29,573 nt of DNA from Vicugna vicugna (GCA_013265495.1 MU058289.1:2665451-2695023), one strand, 5' to 3'. Positions 1 to 11,608 are shown, numbered from the stretch's first letter. Translations and numbers: made by a program. The notes: generated by a model from the letters alone, not told the origin.

Positions 1-739
1 AACACCAGCCTCAGTCTAACACAGAGACCCAACAGGGAGGTAACCACTGCCTCGATTTACTCGTTAAAAGCAAAGCATGTGAAATTCAACTGTGAAGATT
101 TACTCCAAACCAGAAATAAAACAACTACAGTTGTCAGAAGCATTTAGCCATGATTTATTTAATTCAAATGTACCTGAGTATAAAACGCAGTGCAGTACGT
201 TGACTGGAGTAAACCCCTCTATCCGACAACGCGGTGGAAATGAACATGGTTCAGTTACTCAGCCTGGGCCGTTACCACGCGGGGACGGCTGCGGCATTGG
301 AGGGACGTTGGTGCAAACTGGCACGTGAGGCAGGCTGGAGCACTGACCGTGCCACGTACTGAGCTGACCTTTGAAAACTCACATAACCCACCAGGGCTCC
401 GTCTGCTTGTATGTAAAAGAGGAACTGTGCCCATTTTAAGGGAAGTTTTAAAAATTAAGTGAGTTAAAGTTGTACATGTGTGCTGCACACAATGACAGCT
501 CAACAGCTGTCCACAGATGAATATCACACTGTCATCCCTGCTCTGTGCCCAGCAGCCCCGGGGGCAGATGAGCCCCAGGTGTACGGTTGTGCTGGGAGTG
601 AGGAGACGCCTGCCACCGCCCCCTGGAGGCAGCCAGGCTCAGTACACGCACAGCGGTCAGAGGTGAAAACAGGGACTCAAGACCACTTAGTTACATTGTG
701 CATCACAACTTTTAGGGATGAAATAAACAGACATTTTAC

Positions 740-927
740 CTGTGAAAAACTGTTTTTTCTGCTAATCCATATAATCCACATTTCTCCACCTTTTCAACAG
801 CTGTTTTATCAGTGGAATCCTCAAAATACTCCTTCATTTCAGCATTAAGAGTTGCATAAAGATCCACATGCTTACCAACTATACGACCAAAGTAATTCGT
901 TGCATTCAAAATATAAAAGGGTATTAT
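740..927 (-). CDS. TDRD12: TDRD12 exon, 188 nt, phase 0->2: [20 protein letters not shown]...[12 protein letters not shown](R), start of second extended Tudor region
   Basis: Acceptor ttatgtttcag, donor CAG|gtaaaa; inside ORF 736..942. Confidence 0.95.
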
Positions 928-1679
928 CTGAAACATAAACATATCCAGAAAACAAACTCAATCTAAAGCAAAGAGGTATCTGACCTAAGAGCCCAAAGCA
1001 CCCCAACAGGGATTTAAAAATAAACTAGGAGACAAAACAAAGCAAAAACCTTAGCATACACACAAATAATTATAGTTTCATTTTAAATCTAATGGAAGAT
1101 GTTTGGGATAAATATTTTAAAACTTCATTATTAGTTGTAAGTGTTAACTTGTTTCTTACCTGTATTTTATTTTTAAAAAAAACCCTTTAATAAATAGCCT
1201 CCTTGCCTCCTGAGCTCCTTCTGATCTGTTCATGTAACACGGTGTATTTTATTAACAGCCTGCAGTGCAGGAGGCATGGGGACACAGGAAGCATGTGCTC
1301 CAGGGCCCTTCTGTAATCACAGGTGCACAGACGTGCCACAGCCAGCGTGTGGTTGAGAAAACAACTCTCCACAGGCTCATGTATGCAGGGTTCCTGGTGT
1401 GTGAGGGGTGTCGGCACAGGTGTGCAAGGGTATGGAGAAGGCATTCCAGAAGGGGTGGGGATGGAAGGGCAAAAATACAAATGTGCATTAGAGCAGCGAG
1501 CCCTGGTTGTGGAGCAGATGCCAGGAGTGAGAAGTGGTTACCTGGTGGGATGGCAGAGAAGGCAGTGCCAACTGGGAGGCAAAGCAGCCAAGGATAAGGT
1601 CACCCTTCGTGGCCAAAAGAGGCTTTGATCTGACAAGGCTGACAGCCATGGCTCTCCTCTGTGGCCCCCTCCAACTTCA

Positions 1680-2036
1680 CTGAAGCTGGCTCCTGTCACA
1701 CTCCACAAACATTCCACACAACTCCTGCCTCAGGACCTTTGCACTTGCTGGTTCCTATGCGTGGAATATTCTTCCCCAGATAGTCTCATGGCTGGATCCT
1801 TCTAATCATTTGGTCTTCAGTGCAGCTGACCCATCCTCAGGCAGCCCTTCCCTGCCTGTAACCCCTGTCCTCACAGCACACACCCTAGCACTTCACTGAA
1901 TTTCCTCCTCTCCCTTTGTCACACTTGCACTCACTGCCAACCATCCCCACTGAAGTGGTACCATGGACAGCTACCAAGTCGGTCATGGTTCCCAAGCCAG
2001 TCATTCCCAGCACCGTGGAGAAACTGCCTCAGTAAA
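1680..2036 (+). mobile_element. LINE-2 3' fragment (ancient)
   Basis: cctgcctcaggacctttgcacttgctggttcctatgcgtggaatattcttcccc resembles the L2 3' consensus; bounds approximate. Confidence 0.7.
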
Positions 2037-2749
2037 CCCTCGATGCTCCCTCAGGCCCGTCATCTCAGGCGGGCAGTTCAGTATTTCTTCCAGCCTGACA
2101 GACAGGCTCCCCTGGGGGGTCTTCTCCCCAGTGATTCAGGGCCTCCGACAACCTGGTGGTATTCAGACAGTAGCCCACTCGGTGACGGCATCAGTGGACA
2201 CGAGGTGCAGAGAATGAGAAAAACTCTCACTGCAATGCTACGAGCACTCACGACAAATAAACTTTTTTAAAAAGATGCACAAAGAAAAACAACAGAGAAC
2301 ATACACTAAGACGCCAACGGTGGCTGTTTTAGGAAGACAATAAAGGGGAGAGTTTCTTTACCCGTATTTCCCGTGGTGGAAGGCTCTGTGTCGAGCCCGG
2401 GGGCCCAGCACACACCCACACACCGGTGAGCAAAACCCAGGCCCGAGCAGGCATCAGTCTAGACGTGCAAGTCCCCGCCGCACAGCGTCAGCACATCTAC
2501 AGACACGTAAAGCTGGCAGGATGGAGGCGGAAAGCAGCAGCTTGGGGCCCAGACCCTCCTAACTGAGGAGGAGAGCATGAGGCCTCCCGACAGGTGACCA
2601 ACTCGCCCTGTTCCAACACCCAACGTCTCTCATGGTGGGAAGCCCCTCAGTCCTGGGCACATGGGAGGGTCCCTTCCGGTCACACACCTCCCCACCTGGT
2701 TTGGTTCCACTCTCCCCAGTCATCCTGCATGTAACTAGTTCAGTCTGTT

Positions 2750-3461
2750 ATGGTTGCAGGGCACAAGGTAAGGATATGAAAATCAAGTGCATTTCTTTTA
2801 TTTATTTAGGTGGGGGGAAGTAATTAGGTTTGTTTATTTATTTATCCTTATAGGAGGTACTGGGGATTGATGCCCAGGACCTCATGCATGCTAAGCATGC
2901 GCTTTATCACTTGAGCTACACCCTCCCCACCAAAAATCAACTGCATTTCTAAAACAACTAGAAAATGAAGTTTAAGAAAAAAACAACATTACGAATGACA
3001 TCCCAAACCATGAAATACTAGGGATAAGTTTAACATAGTAAGTAAAAGATCCACCTACTGTATGATTGCAACTAATGACATTTGGAAAAAGGCAAAAAAC
3101 TACAGAGACAGTAAAAGGATGGGTGATTGCTGGGGGTTCTGGGGAAGAGGGAAAGGGGTGGATGGGGGAGCACAGGGGGTGTCAGGGCAGTGAGGTGCTC
3201 TGTGTGACACTGTAATGGTGCGTATGTGTCATTACTCATTTGACAAAATCCATAGCCTGTACACTACAAGGAGGGAACCTTAATTTAGGTAATAATAACG
3301 TCTCCATATTGGCTCATCAGTTACCACACGTGCACCACACTAGCGCAAGATGTTAATAGGGAAAACTGGTGGTGGGTGGATGTGAAGAATACAAGGGGAA
3401 CGGTGTTTTCTGCTCAATTTTTTTCTGTAAAACTGAAAATATGCTAAAAAATAAAATTATT
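2750..3461 (+). mobile_element. Old L1 (L1MC-like) ORF2 piece and 3' UTR, interrupted by a SINE
   Basis: aaaatcaa.tgcatttct...aaatactagggataagtttaac (ORF2-like), then tactgtatgatt...ggaaaaaggcaaaa...ctgctcaattttt.tctgtaaa (3' UTR-like). Confidence 0.8.
2797..2932 (-). mobile_element. tRNA-Ala-derived SINE (camelid Vic-1-like)
   Basis: Minus strand ggggagggtgtagctcaagtgataaagcgcatgcttagcatgcatgaggtcctgggcatcaatccccagtacctcc plus AT-rich tail; 18-bp TSD aaaatcaa(g/c)tgcatttct at 2779-2796 and 2933-2950. Confidence 0.92.
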
Positions 3462-4188
3462 AACTTGAGCAACAACAGAAATATCAGTGAGTAAAACCAG
3501 CCATCACGAGACCTGGGCGGCACCGCTGCCTGTGAAGGATGCAGCACGGGGAGGCAACAGCGTGTCCGACGGACCGAGGACAGGAGGTTCCACGGCAGCG
3601 GCAGGTGATGCCCGGGCACAGCGGGCCCGCGTGACCCGGCAGCTCAAAGTGGAGGGCTCCCACCCACTCTGATGGGGGGTGAAGGCTGGGCCCCTGTGAA
3701 ATCCCCACACTGTCCACCCGGGGACAAGAGAGACGAAGGAAGTCAAGGGCCAGATACACGTCGGGGAAGGGCACAGAGCCCGGGAATCGTACAAGTCTCA
3801 GAAACTGCCTCTCCACATTTTTTTTTAATGAGACATGGAAACAACAGAAACGGAAACTCTGTGAGATTAGAAAAGTTACCCTTCCCCACACCTCCTCTTA
3901 AATTTAAGGAAAAGGAATTTTATCTAAAAATGAGTAAGAGCGAAGCATCAAGGTCAAATTCTACATTAAGCTATAAAAATAAAAAAGAGAAGGAGAATGA
4001 CAGCCGCTACAGACAATGGAAGCACCAGAAAGATGCGGCCACAAAACTAGCTGCCTTGTAGCTTGTTAATTAAGAAAATGACGTATGATTTAAAAGAACA
4101 ACATAAATCAGAATTTTTAAATGTAGAAATTAGGTAAAAGAACTTGGGAAAGAATCAGAAATTGAAAAATAATTTTGCTAACAAAAAC

Positions 4189-4617
4189 TGTATTGTGTTG
4201 AATGGTGCTCCCTTTTACCCCAAAGAAAACTATGTCTCTGTGCTAGCTCCCAGGATCTGTGACTGTGACCTCTTGCAGATGTAACTAAGTATCTCAGGAT
4301 GGGGAGATCACTCTGGATTATCTGGGCGGGCTCCCTGTGGAAATGGCAGGGAGAGAGAGGGGAGGGGAGCGTGAGGATGCAGGAAGGGGCTGGAGTGATG
4401 GGGCTTCACGCTAAGACAGGCCACGGAGCGCCTGGAGCCGAGGGAAGGAGGCGGCGGCAGGGAGAGGACTGTCCTCCAGAGTCCTCGGAGGGAGCACAGC
4501 CCTGCTGACACTGGGCTTTCGGACTCTGGCTTCCAGGACTGTGAGAGAATCAGTGTGTGTTGGTTTTAAGTCACCCAGGCTGTGGCATCTGTACAACAGC
4601 CCCAGGACCCCTGTACA
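4189..4617 (+). mobile_element. MaLR solo LTR (MLT1C/D-like)
   Basis: tg...ca ends; gagatcactctggattatctgggcggg and ggagggagcacagccctgctgacac...ttccaggactgtgagagaat...ttttaagtcaccc are MLT1 hallmarks. Confidence 0.88.
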
Positions 4618-5133
4618 GCGCAGCCACACAAGAAGGGGCACAAGCACGAATGAACATAACAGGGAAAGGGCAGCTGAAAGCAGAACACTCAAGCCCGAAA
4701 GGAAAGGAACAGAGCAATAAAAAAAATGCCAAGGGAAGTGGCAAATGCTTAGCACTGAGACCGACAGCAATTCCAACTGCAGCTCATAATCTCCCCCAAA
4801 GGAATGACCATGAATGTTATGAGAAGATTCGTGTAATCACTGTCTTATTTTAACAGTTCCCAAAGGGAAACAACTTTCTTTCTCAAAATAGAACTTTAAA
4901 AAATCTCTCAATTGTTTAAGGAGTTTATTTTCTCAATTTGATCTTGGTTTTCTAAACAAGCTGGCACCTCAGAATAAGGCACATCCTATGAACTTGTGTC
5001 TATTGCCAGATTAATGGTGGTACATTAATACTGTCATAATGACATTCTATTAAATTCTACCACTTAAAAAATGAAAAACTTTCATTAACAATGACATTAA
5101 TCTTTGGACAAAGGGGCCTTTAACAGAACTTAC

Positions 5134-5233
5134 TTTTATGTATCCAAACACTGGAAGAGCTTGGTTGGATAATTTCCTTGGCATGTCTGCTTCGGGATTA
5201 ACATGGTGTCGATCAGGACAGATCCTTTCGTTC
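5134..5233 (-). CDS. TDRD12: TDRD12 exon, 100 nt, phase 2->0: [33 protein letters not shown]
   Basis: Acceptor ttttttttcag, donor AAA|gtaagt; inside ORF 5050..5349. Confidence 0.95.
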
Positions 5234-5844
5234 CTGAAAAAAAAGTAACAAGATTTTAAAATCAGAAAAAAAATTTTTTTGAACATAGATTTTAAAGTAT
5301 TCTTCAGGAAAATTAATCTATAATCAAAATCAGAGAATCTGTATTTCAAATGCTTTCAAGTTAAGTAACTATTTAAAATCCCTTAGATGACACTAACCAT
5401 GTGTGAATAAGAGGAAAGGGGTCCTAAAATTTGACACTGTGTAAACTTAAGGGACAAAGTTACTGCATTATTTCTCTAGACATTCTTAAATGCAGTATGT
5501 AAATGAACACAAAGGATTTCCCAAATAAAGATTTTGAATCAGAAACACATCACCATAACCCACAACAGAGGCCGATTAACCTCTAAACCAGGAGACATTC
5601 TGTAACCCAAACTGCGAAACAGTTAAAGCTTCAGTTTTAAAGGTCCGTATTTTACTTAAAGGCATAGTGGAAATTGCTGCTGATAACCTATTTAATGTAC
5701 CATAGTTCAAAATAGTTAATGTCAACAGTTATCTTAAAATTAAGCTCAAACCAGTAGACATCTATCAGACATCTCCTACCCAGTCCCAGCGGTATACCCA
5801 TCAAGTAGAGTGATCGTGTCTGGATCCCCGAGAAGGCGTGTGAC

Positions 5845-7300
5845 TGTTACAATATCCATGTCTCCCAAATTGATTCACAGAATCAATGCAGTTGTTATTA
5901 AAATTCCAGCAATGTTTTTGAAGAAACTGATAAGCCTATTGTAAAATGAATATGGAGATGCGGTAGATTCAAAATAGCCGAAACAATCACAAAGAAGAGT
6001 AGAGGTGGAGGACTTCCGTACCACTTCCCAAGACTCACTACCCACTACTGTACTTAAGAACGTGTAGTGCTGGCGAGAGAACAGACAAACAGACCAGTGT
6101 GACAGAGAGAGTCCACAGACAGACATGTACTGTCATCTGGTTACGTCAAAGGCACCAACTCCGTTTGAACACAATGATGTTTTAAATAAAGAATGCTGGA
6201 GCACGAGATTATTCATATAGAAAGAAGTAAACCTTGCCCCACATCAAACACTGTATACAAACATTAAGTCCATATAGATTATATGTATAATCTAAATGTA
6301 AAATGCAAATAGCTAAATGTAAAAGCTAACTCGATAAAGCTTCTAGAAGAAAATACAGAAGAATGTCTTCATGACCTGGAGATAGACAAGGATGCTTGGA
6401 AACAGCGACCGTAAAACACGTCACCAAAATTAAAAACGTCTGTTCAGTGGAAGACTCTTAACAGAGTAAAAAGGCAAACCACGGGCTGGGAGAAGATATT
6501 CTCAACGCACTTATATCTAGAAGAGACAAATCACTCCTACAAACCAAGACACAACCCATTTTAAAAATGCGCATAAGACCTGAATGGGCACTTCACAGAG
6601 GACGGTCCAGTGTCCCACGACCATATCAAAAGACATTCAGCATCATTAATCACCAGGGAAGCACAAATGAAAACCACAACGGCTTCCTCCCACGCTGTCA
6701 TGGATCCTGAGTGTTGGTGAGGATGCGGGGCCATTCAGACTCTCTCACACACTACTGAGGGGTCGTGAAGTGGCCAGCCCTCCGGCAAAGCTAAACACAC
6801 ATCTAGCCCACGACCCGGCAATCCCATTCCAAAGTAAATACCCAAGAGAAATGAGTGCGTATTTGCGCAAAAGTCACGTACAAGAACCCACGGCAGCTTT
6901 GTACGAAACTCACCTCACAGGCCCATCAACAGGCGTGTGGATACACACCTTGAGACATATTCACACAATGGAATTCTGAGCCACAAGATAAATAAATGAA
7001 TAAATCAAACACCAACATGTACAACAACATGGATGAACGCCACAGACAGTAGGCTGAATGTACTGCAACTGCATTTATATAAAGTTCAAAAACAAGCAAA
7101 ATCAGTTCTTGTTGATAGACATCATGAGGGTGGTTACTTCTGGAGGAAGGGAAAATTGGGAAGGGCAGGAGGGGTCTCTGAGGGGCTCCCGCAGAACCCG
7201 GTGGAGGTTTACACGGCTGCATACGTATGGAACAAGCACCAAGCTGTCAATTTATCACCTGTGCATTTTCCTGTATGCTGTATTTCAATTAAAAAAAAAA
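5845..7300 (+). mobile_element. Old L1 (L1M) ORF2 3' part and 3' UTR with A tail
   Basis: aaagcttctagaagaaaatacag, aaaaggcaaaccacgggctgggagaagatatt, cacgacccggcaatcccattcc, ending tatttcaatt(a)10. Confidence 0.88.
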
Positions 7301-7307
7301 GATGACT

Positions 7308-7473
7308 TGGGAGGGAGGGTACAGCTCAATGGTAGAGTGTGTGCTTAGAATGCACGAGGTCCTGGGAAACAAAAAGAAAGAAAGAGGGAGGGAGGGAAGG
7401 AGGGAGGGAGGAAGGAATAAATCTAGTTATCTCCCCCTCCAAAAAAAAAAAACACCACATTAAAAAGATTTTC
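7308..7473 (+). mobile_element. Vic-1-like SINE with B-box region replaced by a GA-rich microsatellite
   Basis: ggagggtacagctcaatggtagagtgtgtgcttagaatgcacgaggtcctggg, then (GAAA)/(GGGA)n; TSD aaaagatgact at 7297-7307 and 7474-7484. Confidence 0.88.
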
Positions 7474-7491
7474 AAAAGATGACTGGCTTAC

Positions 7492-7712
7492 TTGCAAAAA
7501 CCAAAAGCCTTAAGATACGGACAAAGAGGCCTTCTGGCTTTTTTATCTTCTTTGGCTTCCAGAATCCCCGCAGTAAACTCATACAGCTCTGAAGGGATCT
7601 TGGCATCTGCTCGCTCCAAGTAGTGCAGGACACCAACTGTGTGGCATGCGTTTCTCTCCGTCAGCAGCAAGACAGATTTGGTTTTTTTATCTCCCTGTTC
7701 TGCAGGAGAACC
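7492..7712 (-). CDS. TDRD12: TDRD12 exon, 221 nt, phase 0->2: [21 protein letters not shown]...[13 protein letters not shown](K)
   Basis: Acceptor cccgtttttaag after a 134-nt intron, donor CAA|gtaagc; inside ORF 7488..7751. Confidence 0.96.
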
Positions 7713-7846
7713 CTTAAAAACGGGGGTAAATAAAGAAAATGGATCATCCATCCCACTCTAAACAATGAAACTTTGTCGACTCTGAATTTGTCACAACGTG
7801 GAAAATGACAATGGAATGTTAAAAGGTAATAAAAAATCAATCAAAC

Positions 7847-7986
7847 CTGTTCCGTTAAACTCTGAAAATGATCGGACATGCAATACAGGCGTCCACCAAA
7901 AATTCTGGGCGAGGAAGGAAAGCTGAAGTGGATCACACAGGTGGCATCAGTGATGGCCAGAAGTGGTACACAGTCATCTGTTAAGG
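7847..7986 (-). CDS. TDRD12: TDRD12 exon, 140 nt, phase 1->0: (A)LTDDCVPLLAITDATCVIHFSFPSSPRIFGGRLYCMSDHFQSLTEQ
   Basis: Acceptor ccttttctccag, donor CAG|gtttga; inside ORF 7841..8149. Confidence 0.95.
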
Positions 7987-8596
7987 CTGGAGAAAAGGAT
8001 TCCGACAATTTCCAACGGGGCTGGAGTCTTACCGCACGTGTTTTACAGAGCAATTCCAGGAGCCACATCTCAACACATTTCTGTATTGCATTTTGCTTGT
8101 TAGATGCAAAGAAACTTCTTTCCCATTTTTCTCTTTCACAAAATTCCAAAGCCCAATAGTTAAACTCCAGAGAAAAGTGGTCCCCTTTTTAACTTGAAAA
8201 AATGCCTCTATTACAAATCAAGGCTGTCCATGTGGTTTTCACTTATTTTACACATTTTGACTTTTATATTTCCAATATTAAATCTAACAATCACTTAGGA
8301 CAAGTTTCATCATAGGCATACATATATATGTGACAGTGGTCCTTAAGCTGGAACTCCAGGGAGCACGTCTACGCTAAGGGTTCTGCCTACTGCCCTGAGA
8401 CCCGGCAGACACCTGGATCCACCTCAACGTCAGAATCTCAGTCGAGGTGAACTTCCACTTTGAAATTAACTTTACTAATAGATTCTCAATAAATCTGGGA
8501 AATGGTGAGAAATTTGGAGAGGGGATAAGAAAATGAAGACATTAATTCCTACTAGCTCAGCCTTCTCAAAATACAAGTAGAAATTAAGACACTTAC

Positions 8597-8714
8597 CTAA
8601 TACAATGTGAGAGCCATAACTTAACTTCTTCTTCCACTGTTCTAAAACACTTTTAAAATTAAAAGCCATTTCTTTATGCATCTTCAAGCAAAATATGGAA
8701 CTGCTCTCTACTAC
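8597..8714 (-). CDS. TDRD12: TDRD12 exon, 118 nt, phase 0->1: VVESSSIFCLKMHKEMAFNFKSVLEQWKKKLSYGSHIVL
   Basis: Acceptor cttcgtctttag, donor TAG|gtaagt; overlaps ORF 8475..8687. Confidence 0.95.
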
Positions 8715-8964
8715 CTAAAGACGAAGCCAAAGAGGCCGGTTCACACTCAGGAACACATTGCTTGGAGACAATTTTCCATCAATACTTATCAATATAAACC
8801 ATTTAAAATTATCTGTGAGGGTATTACCACTAACTCTCAGATTGAGGTGATTGCAAATTTAAATAAAAGTATTTTCAAAATTCTATAGTTTAAATCTAAA
8901 AACTTGCTCCAGTGAAACAAACATTATTTTGCTAAAACCATTTTCCTTCCTTTTACAATAACGG

Positions 8965-9062
8965 GTACATACATATATGTACACATATATATGCCTGCCT
9001 GTATACACGCTTACCTACACAGGTGTCTGCAGGCATATGTACGTGTATACACCACATGTATG
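8965..9062. repeat. Degenerate (TA/CA)n low-complexity tract
   Basis: gtacatacatatatgtacacatatatatg...gtacgtgtatacac. Confidence 0.6.
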
Positions 9063-9620
9063 GCACCACTGTCAAAAGAGTGGCTTTTTCAGTACACCTG
9101 CTAGTTTATTACTGCGGAAAGTTGGATGCACAACCGTGCCTTTTATTTTGTACCTGGCCTCCTTTCTCCGTGCTAGTATTAATTTATACACAATTAGATT
9201 AAATACACCTTTAACCAATTCATTTGGCTTTTCTGGCTACATGATGATCTATTTTAGTGTTACTGTCTCTATTTTCTTCAACAGAAGTACGGTACAGAAG
9301 ATGTTGCCACTTCTTCATGAATCGACTTCTCTTAATGCTCCAGCAGGACAAGGTATAAAGCACTGTTCCCCTAGGGGACCGCTCTCCTGGAGGCAGAGGC
9401 TGGCCCCACCCACCCACCTGGTCCCTCCTCTCAGCTAGGCCCCCCGCTGTCCCTTGTCCCTGCCACCACTACTCTGTGCCATAGCCCGTTCTGACGGATG
9501 CTGAACTCATACAAGTTTATTTCCCTGTCAAATATTTAACTACCCTGGTAACTCTCTAATGATAAGATTCCACATAGTTTACACAAACAATAAGAATGTT
9601 TTATGTGTGGAAGGGCTCAC

Positions 9621-9749
9621 CTTACACACTACTTCTGTTTCAGCTACAGAACAGGTGAAGATCAAGGTCTTTTGTGCCTGACTTGGAATGAAATCAAGAG
9701 TTTGGAGCAAAGTAGAGGTTTTTTCACATTCCAGGCAAAGGTGTACTAC
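9621..9749 (-). CDS. TDRD12: TDRD12 exon, 129 nt, phase 0->0: [43 protein letters not shown]
   Basis: Acceptor ttttattgccag, donor AAG|gtgagc; inside ORF 9579..9770. Confidence 0.96.
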
Positions 9750-9985
9750 CTGGCAATAAAATGTAGTCACAGTGTGATTTTTTAAAAATGTTCAATGTGC
9801 CCCAGTTTTACTTTTCATAGGTAAGTCATAATTTTAATAGAAGATAAGGTACAGGAAACCAATATAAATACACAATTACATATCTGCGTATGACATTAAC
9901 ACTATATCCTTTTAATATGAGGCCATGAACAAAGGTCACGGGCTCGTGTTCCTCAGCCCCCGCCGCCCATGCCCACTCCCACCAC

Positions 9986-10177
9986 CTGCTGCACATTGCC
10001 GTAGAGGGCAGCCTCCTCCATGGCCGTGATCACGACGTAGGGGTCATTCATGAACTCTCTGATTAACTGCTCTGTATGTCGATCCCAGTGAACTCCAACT
10101 GCAACAATCTGATGTGGAGCAGACTCCCTTTCTTCAACGTCAATATTTTTTTTGAAGTTATCTAATATAGCAAACAT
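9986..10177 (-). CDS. TDRD12: TDRD12 exon, 192 nt, phase 0->0: [31 protein letters not shown]...AALYGNVQQ
   Basis: Acceptor atttttcag, donor CAG|gtggtg; inside ORF 9953..10204. Confidence 0.95.
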
Positions 10178-10289
10178 CTGAAAAATTAGTACAATTAATT
10201 TCATTTTTATTTCAAAGAAGACTAGTAATCAGCTGGACAGAACATAAAAGGTAAAGAATGTATGCTTTCTGTTCTCAGAATGGGGAAGG

Positions 10290-11370
10290 AAGGCCTTTAA
10301 ACATAAAGGCAAAGGAATAACTAAAAAGGAAAAAATGTTAAGTACAGACAAAATGAAAACAAACAACATCTGGGTAAGTATGTGTACAACAGATAACAAA
10401 GGATTAACATCCTTATCTAAAAACTTCTACAAACCAATGAGAAAAAGACGATCCCAGAGAAAGAAAATCAGCCAGGGAAATGAACGAACAGCTCACAGAG
10501 GAACAGGCACAAGCGGTCAGTATGAGTTAATGCTCAGTTCAACATAGTAATCAAGGAAACAGAGATTAAGCAAATCAGATGCCATGTTTAAATCCTAGCC
10601 TGGAAAAGAAAGCTGGACTAAGGCCCCCTACTGCCAGGGGTGCTCAGAGGGTGGCCTGGCAGCCCATGGCTTAAGGGAGTGCCCATCAGTCTATGCTTTC
10701 AGAAAGGCCACTGCACAAGACACTGGTTCCAGATATTACTTTTGCAAATAAGAACTGAGACTATCGAGGAGCTCAGAAGCTCTGCACAGGCCCACAGTGT
10801 CAGTAAGCAACAAGGCTGGGACGTGAACCTGGGGCTATCACCGCTCCCAAATGGATGCTGTGGGCCACTATGTTACACTGCTTCCAACAAATGCCTTAGA
10901 AGAATTCATAGCCGTTGATCCATTGATCCCCTTCCTAGGAATTTATTCTAAGAAAAACATGTACAAAAAAGATGTGTTTCTTGAGACACACACATATACA
11001 TACAAATGATGCTAAATGTCCAAATATAAGACAATTATAAAATAAATTATGCTATGCCCATAGGATTCACTACTACATGGCTGGTAACAATCGTGCTGGA
11101 GAACCATTAGTAGCAACACTCAAAATGCTATTTACTGAAAAACGCAAGTTGCAAACTAACACATAAAATAACTTCCTGACATTATTAATTCTATGTATCA
11201 ACAGACACAGGAATTACAGAAAAGAAAATATTCTAAAATAGTAACAGTGAAAATAAAACAAAATAGTAACAGTGTAAGATCACGGATGACGGGGGTTTTT
11301 CAAGTGGTGTTCTCTATTTCTCAAATTTTCTAAAATAAAAATGATTGTTTCCATAACCAGAAAAATATTA
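10290..11370 (+). mobile_element. Fragmented old L1 (L1ME-like) 3' region with an internal MIR-like piece (about 10735-10880, minus)
   Basis: ataacaaaggattaacatcc..., gaacagctcacagaggaa, ttgatccattgatccccttcctaggaatttattctaag; heavily diverged. Confidence 0.65.
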
Positions 11371-11608
11371 AGAATTTTAGAAAATCTTCCTAGGAAAAGA
11401 ATTTTTGCTCTTCAAAGAGAACTTTAACGTTGGGAAGAAAATTCAGAGAAATGTTCTTTCTTCTTAATTATAGAAGTTAAAGGGAAAAATTTTCAGATTT
11501 ACCGGCTTCTTCCCAACTCGACAAATTTCCTACTTCCTAAAAGCAGCGAAGATTTTAGTTATGCATATATATGAGTGGTAACAACATCTCAGTGAATGCC
11601 ATACTCAC

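Noticed and set aside
1220..1635. Possible minus-strand L2 fragment and cluster of about 100-aa ORFs
   Set aside because: Too diverged to assign confidently; the ORFs show no protein-like features.
2860..2932. tRNA-Ala gene (also at 7308 and 27959)
   Set aside because: Each copy is mutated and has a tail and TSDs, so these are SINEs.
7987..8188. Open frame extending about 67 codons into the intron upstream of exon 7847-7986, with a GTAAGA donor at 8032
   Set aside because: No good phase-1 acceptor upstream, and the donor would leave only a 46-nt intron.
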